Shown here piece by piece: positions 24,307 through 33,195 of a stretch of DNA of 64,000 nucleotides. How positions within the stretch are numbered: the first letter of the stretch is position 1; every line of letters begins with the position of its first letter. The translations under genes and the position numbers were made by a program. Location of the stretch: positions 8,969-72,968 of the forward strand of contig JAADHH010000041.1 in NCBI GenBank assembly GCA_013151955.1, given 5' to 3'. The notes under the pieces are model-generated. The model had not been told where the DNA came from, made no database searches, and saw nothing but the letters and a program-made list of their open reading frames with translations. The DNA is from Chloroflexota bacterium. GTDB taxonomy: Bacteria > Chloroflexota > Anaerolineae > Ardenticatenales > JAADHH01.

Positions 24307-24396
24307 TGCTTTGAAAATAACGTGTCACGTGTCACGTAAAACGTGATGCGTGATGCGTAAGACGCAATACGTTTTACGTCTTCACGTTTCACGCCC
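24307..24396. repeat. Family-B2 heptad-doublet repeat, reverse orientation
   Basis: ctgctttgaaaataa cgtgtca cgtgtca cgtaaaa cgtgatg cgtgatg cgtaaga cgcaata cgtttta cgtcttc acgtttcac, with a CG every 7 nt. Confidence 0.8.
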
Positions 24397-24397
24397 C

Positions 24398-24432
24398 CTA
24401 CTCCCTACTCCCTACTCCCTACTCCCTACTCC
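24398..24432. repeat. Tandem heptanucleotide (CTACTCC)x5
   Basis: Five exact head-to-tail copies, counted base by base. Confidence 0.95.
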
Positions 24433-24491
24433 TGACTTCTTGCTTCGTTCATCATTCCGTACTCATCGTTTCAGAGTCGCCCCCGGCGTCA

Positions 24492-26504
24492 CTATTTTGG
24501 ATAAAGCTCCAACGTCCAGCTTTGCAGTGTTCCCGTGCGGCCCTCCACTTGATCGAGCGCTTCCAAATCCCAATCTCCCAGAGAGTCCTGGTCGATCAAG
24601 CTTTTCAGTGCCGGCGTGGTAGACGTTGTGAACCAGCCTCGAATCTCTGTACGTTGCGTATCGTTGGGGCCGGCCTGATAGAGCGTGACACGCGTTCCTG
24701 CCGGGGAGACCAGGGTGACGACAAGGTCACGGATGTCATCATGGGTGATGTTGACCAGTACGCGCACATCCCGAACAACGAAATCGTCTGCCACAGTCAC
24801 GATGCTAATTGCCGGGCCTGCCGGAAAATCGGGTATGTCCAGATCCGGCGTCTCGTCCCGTGGGTAAGCGTGTGGCTCCAGGGTTGGTGTGGGGCTAATC
24901 GTCGGCGTATAGGTGGGGCGCGGCGTGTAGGTGGCAATTGGCGTGCCTGTGCCCACGCGCGTGGCCGTAGATGTTGGCTGATATTGCCCGACGCCTCCCT
25001 TCGAGCGTTGCCAATTGATGATCACAACCTGGTGCCCGGAACCTCTGTCCCCGCAATCCGTGTCGTCCGTAAATACGGTCAGCCGTTCGGAGATTTCCCA
25101 GCCACGATCTGGATCGAAGACCGCCACATACCATTTTCCGGCCTTGGGATAGGCGGCCAAGGTGTAGTCATAGTACCCCGATGCTTTCGTGGGATCTGTG
25201 CCAGATTCTTTCGACAAGGGCAAGTCTGCCGGCGCTCCATCCCACCACACTTTGATTCGTGTCCCCCTCAACGGACGCCCCGATTCGTCCGTGACATATC
25301 CTTGAATTGAGGTCAATCCGCAATTTGGCAGATACGTTATGTCCCCCTTGAGAGTAAATTCGTATGGCGACGGCGTGGCCGTGGCCGTACCGGTGGCTGT
25401 GGGGGTACGGGTGATCGTAGGCGTGCCGGTCGGTGCTGCCGTCACCGGGAATCGTGTGGGGGAGGGAATCGCCGTGGCCGTATTCTGTGCCGGTCGCACC
25501 GGTGAGGGGGAAGGCACAGGCGTAGGCAGCACCGGCCCGCCCGGAGTCACAGAGACGAGCGGTGTGGCGGTGATGGCGGCTTTCACCTTGAGCAATCCCA
25601 GAACGGCCTCATTGCCATTCGGGTCAATTGCCAGGGCGTTTACGAACTGTTCTTCCGCCAATTCGGGGGAGCCATTCGCCAGGAGCGCCTCGCCGTAGGC
25701 GACGTACGTGTCATAGAAGAGTTTGGAAATATCGGATGCGTCAGGCTGCCGGGCCTTCAGGCGGATCAGCACACTCAAGGCCAATTCGTAATCGTTGGAG
25801 GCCATCGCCGCTTCATAGTCTGTGCGCAGGCTGGCAATCCGTTCTTCGTTCCCCGGTGTGGGACGCGGCTGGGGGATGCTTACGCGCGCGATTGTGCTGG
25901 TCAAGATGCGCACCACGCCGTCGAAGCGGTAGGTGTCGCCCCGCGCGTGCAGGCTCGTATCGGTCAACTGGGTGCCGGGTGCCAGTTCGTTTTCCAGGCG
26001 GGTGATGAAGGTCATCAAGGCATCCAAGTCTCCCTCGGCACGTACCTGGTAGCTTAGCGCGTCGAAGGTCTCGTTGGCGACCGTTTCGGTCACCGCATCT
26101 TGGGCACGGAGCATGGTCACATTCACCCCGCTGTTGTTGCCGGCCTGCAGGATGCTGTCCACGATGCTGACGTTTTCCCCGCTGCCCGGCAAAGCTGCCT
26201 GTGCGGATACCAGGCGGAGTTGCGCGGCGTTGAGGTCTTCGCGCAAGCGGCTCACTTCTTCGTCCAGACCGGGCTGGGTTGTAGCCAGTAGGCTTCTGGC
26301 GTTCTCCAATTCAGTGGCCATTTTGCTCTGCTCCCCGCGCTGGCCCAGGAAAGCATGGATGAAGTACGCATAGAGCAGAATCAACACAGCGCCCACCGCC
26401 ACCAGCAGAAACAGGCGAGAGTGCAGCGTCTCCCTGAAGCGGTTGGGAGGGCCTTCAGGTCGAAGGTTATTCAAAATTTGCCGTACAGGTGATTGATGTG
26501 CCAT
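24492..26504 (-). CDS. PilO-like membrane protein fused to a TPR-like region, Pro/Thr linkers, a CarboxypepD_reg-like module and a C-terminal proprotein-convertase P-domain
   Basis: N-terminus: a TM segment (LFLLVAVGAVLILLYAYFI) plus a coiled-coil and a PilO-like fold. Middle: YGEALLANGSPELAEEQFVNALAIDPN (TPR-like), PT-rich linkers and GYVTDESGRPLRGTRIKV. C-terminus: VRDVRVLVNITHDDIRDLVVTLVSPAGTRVTLYQ...LGDWDLEALDQVEGRTGTLQSWTLELY (P-domain pattern). Confidence 0.7.
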   Translation of the reverse strand: MAHQSPVRQILNNLRPEGPPNRFRETLHSRLFLLVAVGAVLILLYAYFIHAFLGQRGEQSKMATELENARSLLATTQPGLDEEVSRLREDLNAAQLRLVSAQAALPGSGENVSIVDSILQAGNNSGVNVTMLRAQDAVTETVANETFDALSYQVRAEGDLDALMTFITRLENELAPGTQLTDTSLHARGDTYRFDGVVRILTSTIARVSIPQPRPTPGNEERIASLRTDYEAAMASNDYELALSVLIRLKARQPDASDISKLFYDTYVAYGEALLANGSPELAEEQFVNALAIDPNGNEAVLGLLKVKAAITATPLVSVTPGGPVLPTPVPSPSPVRPAQNTATAIPSPTRFPVTAAPTGTPTITRTPTATGTATATPSPYEFTLKGDITYLPNCGLTSIQGYVTDESGRPLRGTRIKVWWDGAPADLPLSKESGTDPTKASGYYDYTLAAYPKAGKWYVAVFDPDRGWEISERLTVFTDDTDCGDRGSGHQVVIINWQRSKGGVGQYQPTSTATRVGTGTPIATYTPRPTYTPTISPTPTLEPHAYPRDETPDLDIPDFPAGPAISIVTVADDFVVRDVRVLVNITHDDIRDLVVTLVSPAGTRVTLYQAGPNDTQRTEIRGWFTTSTTPALKSLIDQDSLGDWDLEALDQVEGRTGTLQSWTLELYPK

Positions 26505-26549
26505 AGCTTTCGCTGAAGTGGAAATTCCTTCGGAATCGATCAGACTGAA

Positions 26550-27845
26550 TTAGATGTCAACGAAATAGGCTTCACACGCCTGGTCAAGGAGTTCCTTGTC
26601 CAGTACCGGTCTGATTCCACGGTATGTTGCAATATCAATAATTTGGTCCAGAATATCTCGTGGATAGACGGCCTTCAATTCCCGCCCTGCGTCCCGGAAA
26701 TGCTTTTGCAGCAAGTAGGCAAAGCTTCTTTGGTCATACGGGATGTTCTTGCTTTGACAAGCCCGCCGAAAGATTTCATGGAATTCTCTTTCCGTAGGGT
26801 CCATTACGTGGATCTTGTGCCGAATACGGCGCAGAAAGGCATGGTCTACCAACTCGGTGGGGTTCAGATTGGTGGAGAAGACCACGAGCTCTTCAAACGG
26901 GACTTCCAGTTTCATGCCGGTGTGCAGGGTCAAATAATCTACGCGCGTATCCAGGGGCACGATCCAGCGGTTGAGCAGGGATCGTGGCGGGACCTGTTGC
27001 CTGCCGAAATCATCGATGAGGAACATGCCGCCATTGGCCTTCATCTGGAAAGGGGCCTCGTATGTTTTTGAGACTGGGTCATAGATGAGGTCAAGGTTTT
27101 CCAGAGTCAATTCTCCCCCCACGACGACAGCAGGGCGTTCTATCGTAATCCAACGTTCATCCGGCCGGCGCACCCCCATCTCTCCGGTGGTCTTGCCCTT
27201 CGGTTTTTCCAAAGCGACAGGCCTGTGCGTTACCGCATCGAAAATACGGATCACTTGCCCATCGACGGTAACGGCGTAGGGTATGTGTACCTGTCCCCGG
27301 AGCATCCGCACGATGGAGGTGGCGATGCTGGTCTTGCCGTTGCCCGGAGGGCCGTACAAGAAGAGGGAGCGACCCGAATTGACCGCCGGACCGATTTTAT
27401 CGTAGGTGCGGCGCGAGAATGTATATGCCTGAAGCGCTGCTTCCACGTCTGCCGGGCGCACAACGACGGAAGCGACGGTTTCTTGCCGGACGACGGTTGA
27501 ATACTGCTCCAGTGTGACCGGCACCGGCCCCACATATTGGTTGCGGTCGAGCGCCTCCTGTGTGCGTGCTGCACCTTTGGCGGACAGAATGTATCGAAAG
27601 GCCCGTTCTCCGAAGCCGCCGCCCGAACCGGTGATGCGCACCAGTTCTTCGCGTTTCAAGAACTCCAGAATTGGTTCTACCACATTGACAAAGGGCATGC
27701 GCAGAGAAGCAGCCACTTCCTGGCCGCTAAACTCGCCGGCATTGTAGATTGTTTTCAAGGTCAAATTGACCAGAAAGTGCATGGAAAGGCCCGTCTCTTC
27801 GATTGAGCGGGGTTCCAAAAGAACCTCTTTGTAAGAAGTAGTCAT
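26550..27845 (-). CDS. AAA+ ATPase with an N-terminal winged-helix-like domain
   Basis: Walker A LFLYGPPGNGKTSIA. Walker B GGMFLIDDFGRQ. Sensor-1 VVFSTN. The track start 28061 overlaps the upstream kinase, so I use ATG 27845 (MTTSYKEV...), 25 nt after the kinase stop. Confidence 0.75.
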   Translation of the reverse strand: MTTSYKEVLLEPRSIEETGLSMHFLVNLTLKTIYNAGEFSGQEVAASLRMPFVNVVEPILEFLKREELVRITGSGGGFGERAFRYILSAKGAARTQEALDRNQYVGPVPVTLEQYSTVVRQETVASVVVRPADVEAALQAYTFSRRTYDKIGPAVNSGRSLFLYGPPGNGKTSIATSIVRMLRGQVHIPYAVTVDGQVIRIFDAVTHRPVALEKPKGKTTGEMGVRRPDERWITIERPAVVVGGELTLENLDLIYDPVSKTYEAPFQMKANGGMFLIDDFGRQQVPPRSLLNRWIVPLDTRVDYLTLHTGMKLEVPFEELVVFSTNLNPTELVDHAFLRRIRHKIHVMDPTEREFHEIFRRACQSKNIPYDQRSFAYLLQKHFRDAGRELKAVYPRDILDQIIDIATYRGIRPVLDKELLDQACEAYFVDI

Positions 27846-27870
27846 CTGACTCAACCCGTTCTGAAATCCA

Positions 27871-29490
27871 TTATGCTCTTGCAGTTTGTGTGGGCTGCCG
27901 CCCTGGAATGGTGAAACAGAATGTGCTGCCTTGTCCCGGTGTACTCTCCACCCAAATCCGTCCGCCATGGAGCTCGACCAGCCCCCGGACAATAGATAGG
28001 CCCAGTCCCAATCCGCTGTGGCGCCGGGTGAGCGAGTCTTCCACCTGGTAGAATCGGTCAAAAATTCGTTCGCGCTCGGGGAGGGAAAGTCCCGCGCCGG
28101 TATCCTGAACCTTTATCGTCACTTCGGCCTCTCCGCCGTAGGCATTGACCCGGACCTGTCCACCCTCCGGAGTAAATTTGATAGCGTTGGAGAGGAGGTT
28201 GCCCAGGATCAGTTCTAGTTTTTGTTGGTCCGCTTCGATTTCTTGCAGATCGTCTGAAATCTCCGTCGAGAGTTGCTGGTGCTTATCTTCCGCCAGGGGA
28301 GCGAAAGCCATCACGGCCGTTTCAATGACATCGCGGAGGGCCACACTGTCGACATTCAACGTCACCTCTCGCCTGTCCAGGTAGCGGAGGTTCATCATGT
28401 CATCCACAATTGTGCGCAGCCGCAGGGCATTCTGGGTTACCACATTGAGGTACTCCTTTGCCTCGCCCTCCGGCAGGAAGTCATCGAGAAAGTTGCTATA
28501 CCCCAGAACCAAGGCCAGCGGTGTGCGCAATTCATGGGCCACGATATTGATGAATTCACTTTTCAGATGGTCTATCTTCGCCAGTTCCCGGTAGGCATCT
28601 TCCATCTTGGCGAAGAGGCGCGCATTCTCAATTGCCGCGGCCGCTTGTCCGGCCAACACGGCGATAAGTTCCCGGTCTCCGGCCGAGAAGAGGGGGGTTT
28701 CGGTTTCATTGAAGAGAATGAGAAATCCGCTGAACTGTTCTTTGATCTGCAGGAGGTGCCATAGGAGCGAATTCAGCTTCATACCCGCGGGAACCAGGCT
28801 ACGGCAAAAGGCCGGCAGGGGGCCGGAGGAAGCATTCCATAAGACTGCCCCGGGTGACGAAAGGACCGGGTTCTCCGAAATGTCGGCCAGGGCCACGAAA
28901 TACGATTCAGGCGATTGGACAGGCCCCCGGCTCGCAGCCACCGTCAGGTATCCTTCGTCGTGATCGTACTGTAAGAGCACGCCGGCGGTAGCGCCTGTCT
29001 CTGTGACCGCGGTATCCAGTATCTTGTGCAGAAGCATGTCCAGGTCGATGTTGGTCATGAAGGACCGGCTGACTTCGAACAAAGGGATGAGCGCCTTGAG
29101 GCGCACGTTTTCTCTGCGCAGTCGTTCCTGCGTGAGGGCACGGTTCACTGCCTCCACAAGGTTCGAGGGGGTAAAGGGTTTGACGATGAACTCGATGAAT
29201 CCTAGCTTCAGGGCCTCTATGGCCATTTCCATCGTGCCGTAGCCGGTCATCCCGACGCCAATGATATCCGGGTCGATTTTCCGGATCGCGCGGAAGGTCT
29301 CCAGACCGCCCATGCCGGGCATTTTCATGTCTGTCAGGAGGACATGAAAACGTTCGGTGCGGGCGATCTCCAACGCTTCCGCACCATCCCCGGCAACCTG
29401 CACAGTGTAACCCTCATTCCTGAGGACCTGTCCTGCCAGGTCGCGCACATCGGGTTCGTCATCGGCGATCAGGATGCGTTCATCGGCCAC
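27871..29490 (-). CDS. Hybrid sensor: REC + GAF + HisKA/HATPase_c histidine kinase
   Basis: REC: RILIADDEPDVRDL...HVLLTDMKMPGMGG. H-box HELRTPLALVLG. N-box GNLLSNAIKFTPEGG. G1 QDTGAGL. G2 GLGLGLSIV. The track start 29697 overlaps the DUF362 gene. An in-frame GTG at 29490 has AGGAGA 6 nt upstream. Confidence 0.8.
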   Translation of the reverse strand: MADERILIADDEPDVRDLAGQVLRNEGYTVQVAGDGAEALEIARTERFHVLLTDMKMPGMGGLETFRAIRKIDPDIIGVGMTGYGTMEMAIEALKLGFIEFIVKPFTPSNLVEAVNRALTQERLRRENVRLKALIPLFEVSRSFMTNIDLDMLLHKILDTAVTETGATAGVLLQYDHDEGYLTVAASRGPVQSPESYFVALADISENPVLSSPGAVLWNASSGPLPAFCRSLVPAGMKLNSLLWHLLQIKEQFSGFLILFNETETPLFSAGDRELIAVLAGQAAAAIENARLFAKMEDAYRELAKIDHLKSEFINIVAHELRTPLALVLGYSNFLDDFLPEGEAKEYLNVVTQNALRLRTIVDDMMNLRYLDRREVTLNVDSVALRDVIETAVMAFAPLAEDKHQQLSTEISDDLQEIEADQQKLELILGNLLSNAIKFTPEGGQVRVNAYGGEAEVTIKVQDTGAGLSLPERERIFDRFYQVEDSLTRRHSGLGLGLSIVRGLVELHGGRIWVESTPGQGSTFCFTIPGRQPTQTARA

Positions 29491-29501
29491 CGGGCTATCT
29501 C

Positions 29502-30725
29502 CTACTTTCGAATTGATTGCGTCAATTTCCAGAGCATGGCCAGCCCCGCTGCGGCTACTCCGGAAGTAAGGGCAAAGAATGGCAACTTGGATCCGTATCC
29601 TGGATTGACCGGGCCTTGACCATACGTGCGTAACAATTCGCCCCATTCTGTTTGCAAAGCCCACTCGACTCTGGGGCGACCGATGAAAGGATACCAATAG
29701 ACATTGTGATAAAAGTTCGATGCGGCGTATGACCAGGGCACCAAGGGGGTGCGCAACAGGAAGTGTTCCAGGGGTTTCATGGCACCGTGGTAGATCATCT
29801 TCTGCCCCCTGCTGGCAAATGTATTCTCCGCGCCGGAGAAGTGCCAGTTTTGCTCGGCAGCATCTTCATCGCCCACGATTTCAATTTCGCGGGGGTCTCC
29901 AACCCCGAGTCCCTTCTCATGTGCCAGGCGAATAAAGGGCAGCGAGAGGGGGTCGAAGCCCATCAGTTTGGCAGCCGTCGCATCGAGGGCGACCTGGTCG
30001 CTGGAAGCGAGGATGACGTTCTTCACATGCGGGCGCATGGCACGGGGACCGGGGCCATCGCCGGCGAACGTGCCGTCCATGACGGCAAAAATCCCCGGAT
30101 GAATGTCTTGTTGAATGGTGAGCAAATCAACCAGGGTCTCATGAATGACGCTGTGCGTCCAGTGTCGTCGCTCATTCAGCAGGCCGCCAAAGGCATTCTT
30201 CATGGATCCGGTCATCGTGGTGAAGACATGAGTCTTGGTCTGCGGCAGGTGGATGATGTTCTTGCCGATGAAGTCTTTGGGGATGCGAACGCCATCCCGG
30301 TAAATCTGGTCGAGCACCAGGAACGGCTCCTTTGGCTCGTAGACGGTCCATTCCACCTGCGGTTCGTAGATGTGAAATTCGGGCAGGCCATAGCGGTCCG
30401 CAACGAACTTTTGCCGGTTGTTGACCTCACCTTCGCGGGCGTCCACGACCACGGTGCGGTTGTGTGTCGCCAACACCCGCTCCTTGTCAAAGCCGTCGTT
30501 CAACAAGGTGCGGATCACCCCTTCCAATTGCCAGGGTGTTGTGGAGCAACCGGGGTACCAGATTTGCCAGGAAATGTTGATCTTCAGCAAGGTGTCTAGT
30601 TCGGAGGAGAGCACCTTTTGGTAATCGGCCAGGTGCATCAAGCGTTCATAATCGTCTAACACAGTTTGGGGAGTCGTGCGCAGAATGGCCACCCGTCCCT
30701 TGCCCGGAAAGTCTTGACTGGTCAC
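29502..30725 (-). CDS. DUF362 domain-containing protein
   Basis: 407 aa. The pattern LKINISWQIWYPGCSTTPWQLEGVIRTL...KTHVFTTMTGSMKNAFGGLL...MDGTFAGDGPGP is typical of DUF362. Confidence 0.7.
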   Translation of the reverse strand: MTSQDFPGKGRVAILRTTPQTVLDDYERLMHLADYQKVLSSELDTLLKINISWQIWYPGCSTTPWQLEGVIRTLLNDGFDKERVLATHNRTVVVDAREGEVNNRQKFVADRYGLPEFHIYEPQVEWTVYEPKEPFLVLDQIYRDGVRIPKDFIGKNIIHLPQTKTHVFTTMTGSMKNAFGGLLNERRHWTHSVIHETLVDLLTIQQDIHPGIFAVMDGTFAGDGPGPRAMRPHVKNVILASSDQVALDATAAKLMGFDPLSLPFIRLAHEKGLGVGDPREIEIVGDEDAAEQNWHFSGAENTFASRGQKMIYHGAMKPLEHFLLRTPLVPWSYAASNFYHNVYWYPFIGRPRVEWALQTEWGELLRTYGQGPVNPGYGSKLPFFALTSGVAAAGLAMLWKLTQSIRK

Positions 30726-30947
30726 AGAATAACGCTCCTTTTTTCGTGGGTATCCTGAGGCGCTGTAAAAGTGTTACCGCGCGCGATTTCGTCATAATCG
30801 CTTCCATGGTTCATCGGGAAAGAGGGGGGAAGCGATTTGCCTGTTACTCATTCATGGTAGTATACCACGCTTTGTGGCTGGTGGCAAAAAACGGAAAAAA
30901 GAGGTGGTCAGGCCGGCACGGACCGACCGATCTTGTGGATTCTGGGT

Positions 30948-30976
30948 TTGCCATGCCCGCCATTCAGGGGTATAAT
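30948..30976 (+). promoter_or_regulatory. Promoter TTGCCA-N17-TATAAT with an approximately 190-nt leader before the membrane-protein gene
   Basis: ttgcca-tgcccgccattcagggg-tataat. The leader contains several hairpins (aacctgt-tgaa-acaggtt, agtgcgt-ttta-acgcact) and doubled short units (acttcgcag x2, cttggtgg x2). Confidence 0.55.
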
Positions 30977-31168
30977 ACTTTCGACGTAACTACTCAGGCT
31001 TCGGCAAGCAATGAATTGCCCGCCTATAATTGCGAAACCTGTTGAAACAGGTTGCTGTCGTGCTGGAATAGTGCGTTTTAACGCACTTCGCAGACTTCGC
31101 AGTCTCAGGCGGCGAATTCATTCGTCGCTTGGTGGCTTGGTGGCAGACTGAGCAGTAACCTTTCGACC

Positions 31169-32125
31169 ATGACTATCTTACGCGAGAAGACGAGACCTGC
31201 TGTGGCAACCACTCCCACATCGTCTCCACCATTTACACTGTTTGATTTGCGACTCAGGTTGGGACAGCGACGCCTGTGGTTTGGCCCGGCTGTCGCCGGC
31301 ATCTGTGGTGCGCTCGCTTCCGGAATGGTCGGTTTGAACGCAGCCAGCGCAATCTCCTTGGTGCTGCTCACATTCCTGGCGGACCCGCTGCTGGGCGCGA
31401 TCTGGACCACGTTGGCTACCTCCGGAGAGTTTGCGGCGACCGATGCCGAAGCCGCAGAGCAGCCACCCATCTGGCACTTCCCCACGTTGCCCTACACCAC
31501 GCCCGGCAGTCCCGGCGACCGTCTGCACCGGTGGCTCGACCACCTGGCGAACGAAACCCCGATGCCCTCGATCCTGGCGGCGATTGGGGGAAAACTTCTG
31601 TTTGCCCTGGGAGTTTCTCTCGTCCTGGGCCCCGTCGTTGCCTTGGTGACTTCCATTGCGCTGGTGTGGGCCTTGTTCTGGACAAGGATCGTGGATCGTC
31701 CCCACTCTGCCGGCGCGCGTGCAGTCTTTGCGCTGGGGCTGCCATGGTTGTTGGGCTTCGTGACCTTTGCGAATAGTCCGTTGTTGCCGGCCGGCACGCC
31801 GGCATTGCTCTCATCACCCGCCGGCGGTCTGTCTATGGACTGGGTTCTCCCTCTGCTGCCGGCTGTGGCATACAGCATCATCGGGGCCGGCCTATGGCGT
31901 GGCGAATCGCTTTTGGGCGCGAATTTGGTTCAGGGCGCGTTGGTCGTATTGCTGTTTGCCATGAAGGCCCCCCTGCTCGCCTCCATCGTTGCCTACGCGC
32001 TTGTCTTCCAGATCTCTCTGCAACCCCACCGGAAAAGATTTGGCCATTCCTGGTATCTTCGTCACAGCCAGTGGTTTGTGCTGCTCGGCATGGTCGCGCT
32101 TGCTGTTGGCGTTGCCCCCGGGTAG
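31169..32125 (+). CDS. Polytopic integral membrane protein, function unknown
   Basis: 318 aa with multiple hydrophobic helices and no catalytic motif that I recognise. Confidence 0.55.
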   Translation: MTILREKTRPAVATTPTSSPPFTLFDLRLRLGQRRLWFGPAVAGICGALASGMVGLNAASAISLVLLTFLADPLLGAIWTTLATSGEFAATDAEAAEQPPIWHFPTLPYTTPGSPGDRLHRWLDHLANETPMPSILAAIGGKLLFALGVSLVLGPVVALVTSIALVWALFWTRIVDRPHSAGARAVFALGLPWLLGFVTFANSPLLPAGTPALLSSPAGGLSMDWVLPLLPAVAYSIIGAGLWRGESLLGANLVQGALVVLLFAMKAPLLASIVAYALVFQISLQPHRKRFGHSWYLRHSQWFVLLGMVALAVGVAPG

Positions 32126-32137
32126 TGAGACGCGGGG

Positions 32138-32217
32138 CGTATTGCGTGTTGCGTCTTACGCATCACGCATCACGTTTTACGTTTTACCTGACACCTGACA
32201 CGTTATTTTCAAAGCAG
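32138..32217. repeat. Family-B2 heptad-doublet repeat
   Basis: cgtattg cgtgttg cgtctta cgcatca cgcatca cgtttta cgtttta cctgaca cctgaca cgttattttcaaagcag. It ends exactly at the ribF stop codon (32218-32220). Confidence 0.85.
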
Positions 32218-33195
32218 CTACGTTATTTCTTCCACCTCGGGCAGCTTGGCGGGCGGAAGAATCTTCGGGGTCTGCGAAAGTATGCTTTGGGCTTGGGCAA
32301 CATCGCGGGTGAGTTGCGCACTCAACGCATCGACTCCCGCAAACTTGCGTTCATCGCGCAGCCTTTCCACGAAGTGTACGGCCATCTCCTGTCCATACAT
32401 AGGACCGCCGTGCCAGTCGATCAGGTGGGTTTCCACTGTGCGTTGTCCGTTATCGAAGGTGGGACGAGTGCCGACATTCGTCGCGCCGGGAATCCACTGC
32501 CCGGCCACTTGGACCCACGTAGCGTACACACCATCTGCCGGCAACAGCCGGTTGGTCGCCACAGCCAGGTTCGCTGTCGGAAAACCGGCCGGACCGCCGC
32601 GATGAGCGCCATGAACCACCGTGCCGGCCAAAAGGTAGTAGCGACCCAGTGCGTGCGCCGCGGCGGAAACTTCCCCCGCATCCAGCAGGGCGCGGATCCT
32701 TGAGCTGCTGATCCGCTCACCGGCCAGCGCCACACGGCGGACCGGGTGTACGGTGAACCCCAGTTGGATTCCCAGCTTCTTCAGAAAGGGTACGTTGCCT
32801 TGCCGGCGGTGACCAAGGGCAAAGTCCCGTCCCACCCACAGCTCACGCATCTGCAAATCGTGCACCAGGAGATGCACAAAGTCCTCGGCACTGGTCTGGG
32901 CCAGGGCCGGCCCGAATTGTAGGCTGACGACGGTGTCCAGGCCCAGCGCGGAGAGGGTCTCCAGCCGTTCACGCGTTGATTGGAGAAAGCGTGGTGCTCG
33001 TTCGGGAGACAAAACGACGCGCGGATGCGGATCGAACGTGACCAATGCCGAAATCATGCCCTGGCGTTGCGCCCGCCTGGTTACGTGGTGAATCAGCGCC
33101 TGATGCCCGACGTGTACGCCATCGAAGGCACCGATCGTGAGGAGCGTGGGGCCGGCGATGTGTGCCTGATCAAATGCCCGGTAAACGACCGTCAT
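32218..33195 (-). CDS. ribF: Bifunctional riboflavin kinase / FMN adenylyltransferase
   Basis: TIGAFDGVHVGHQALI (nucleotidyltransferase motif) and a C-terminal riboflavin kinase (GFPTANL...GATNVGTRPTF). 4-nt overlap with truB. Confidence 0.9.
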   Translation of the reverse strand: MTVVYRAFDQAHIAGPTLLTIGAFDGVHVGHQALIHHVTRRAQRQGMISALVTFDPHPRVVLSPERAPRFLQSTRERLETLSALGLDTVVSLQFGPALAQTSAEDFVHLLVHDLQMRELWVGRDFALGHRRQGNVPFLKKLGIQLGFTVHPVRRVALAGERISSSRIRALLDAGEVSAAAHALGRYYLLAGTVVHGAHRGGPAGFPTANLAVATNRLLPADGVYATWVQVAGQWIPGATNVGTRPTFDNGQRTVETHLIDWHGGPMYGQEMAVHFVERLRDERKFAGVDALSAQLTRDVAQAQSILSQTPKILPPAKLPEVEEIT

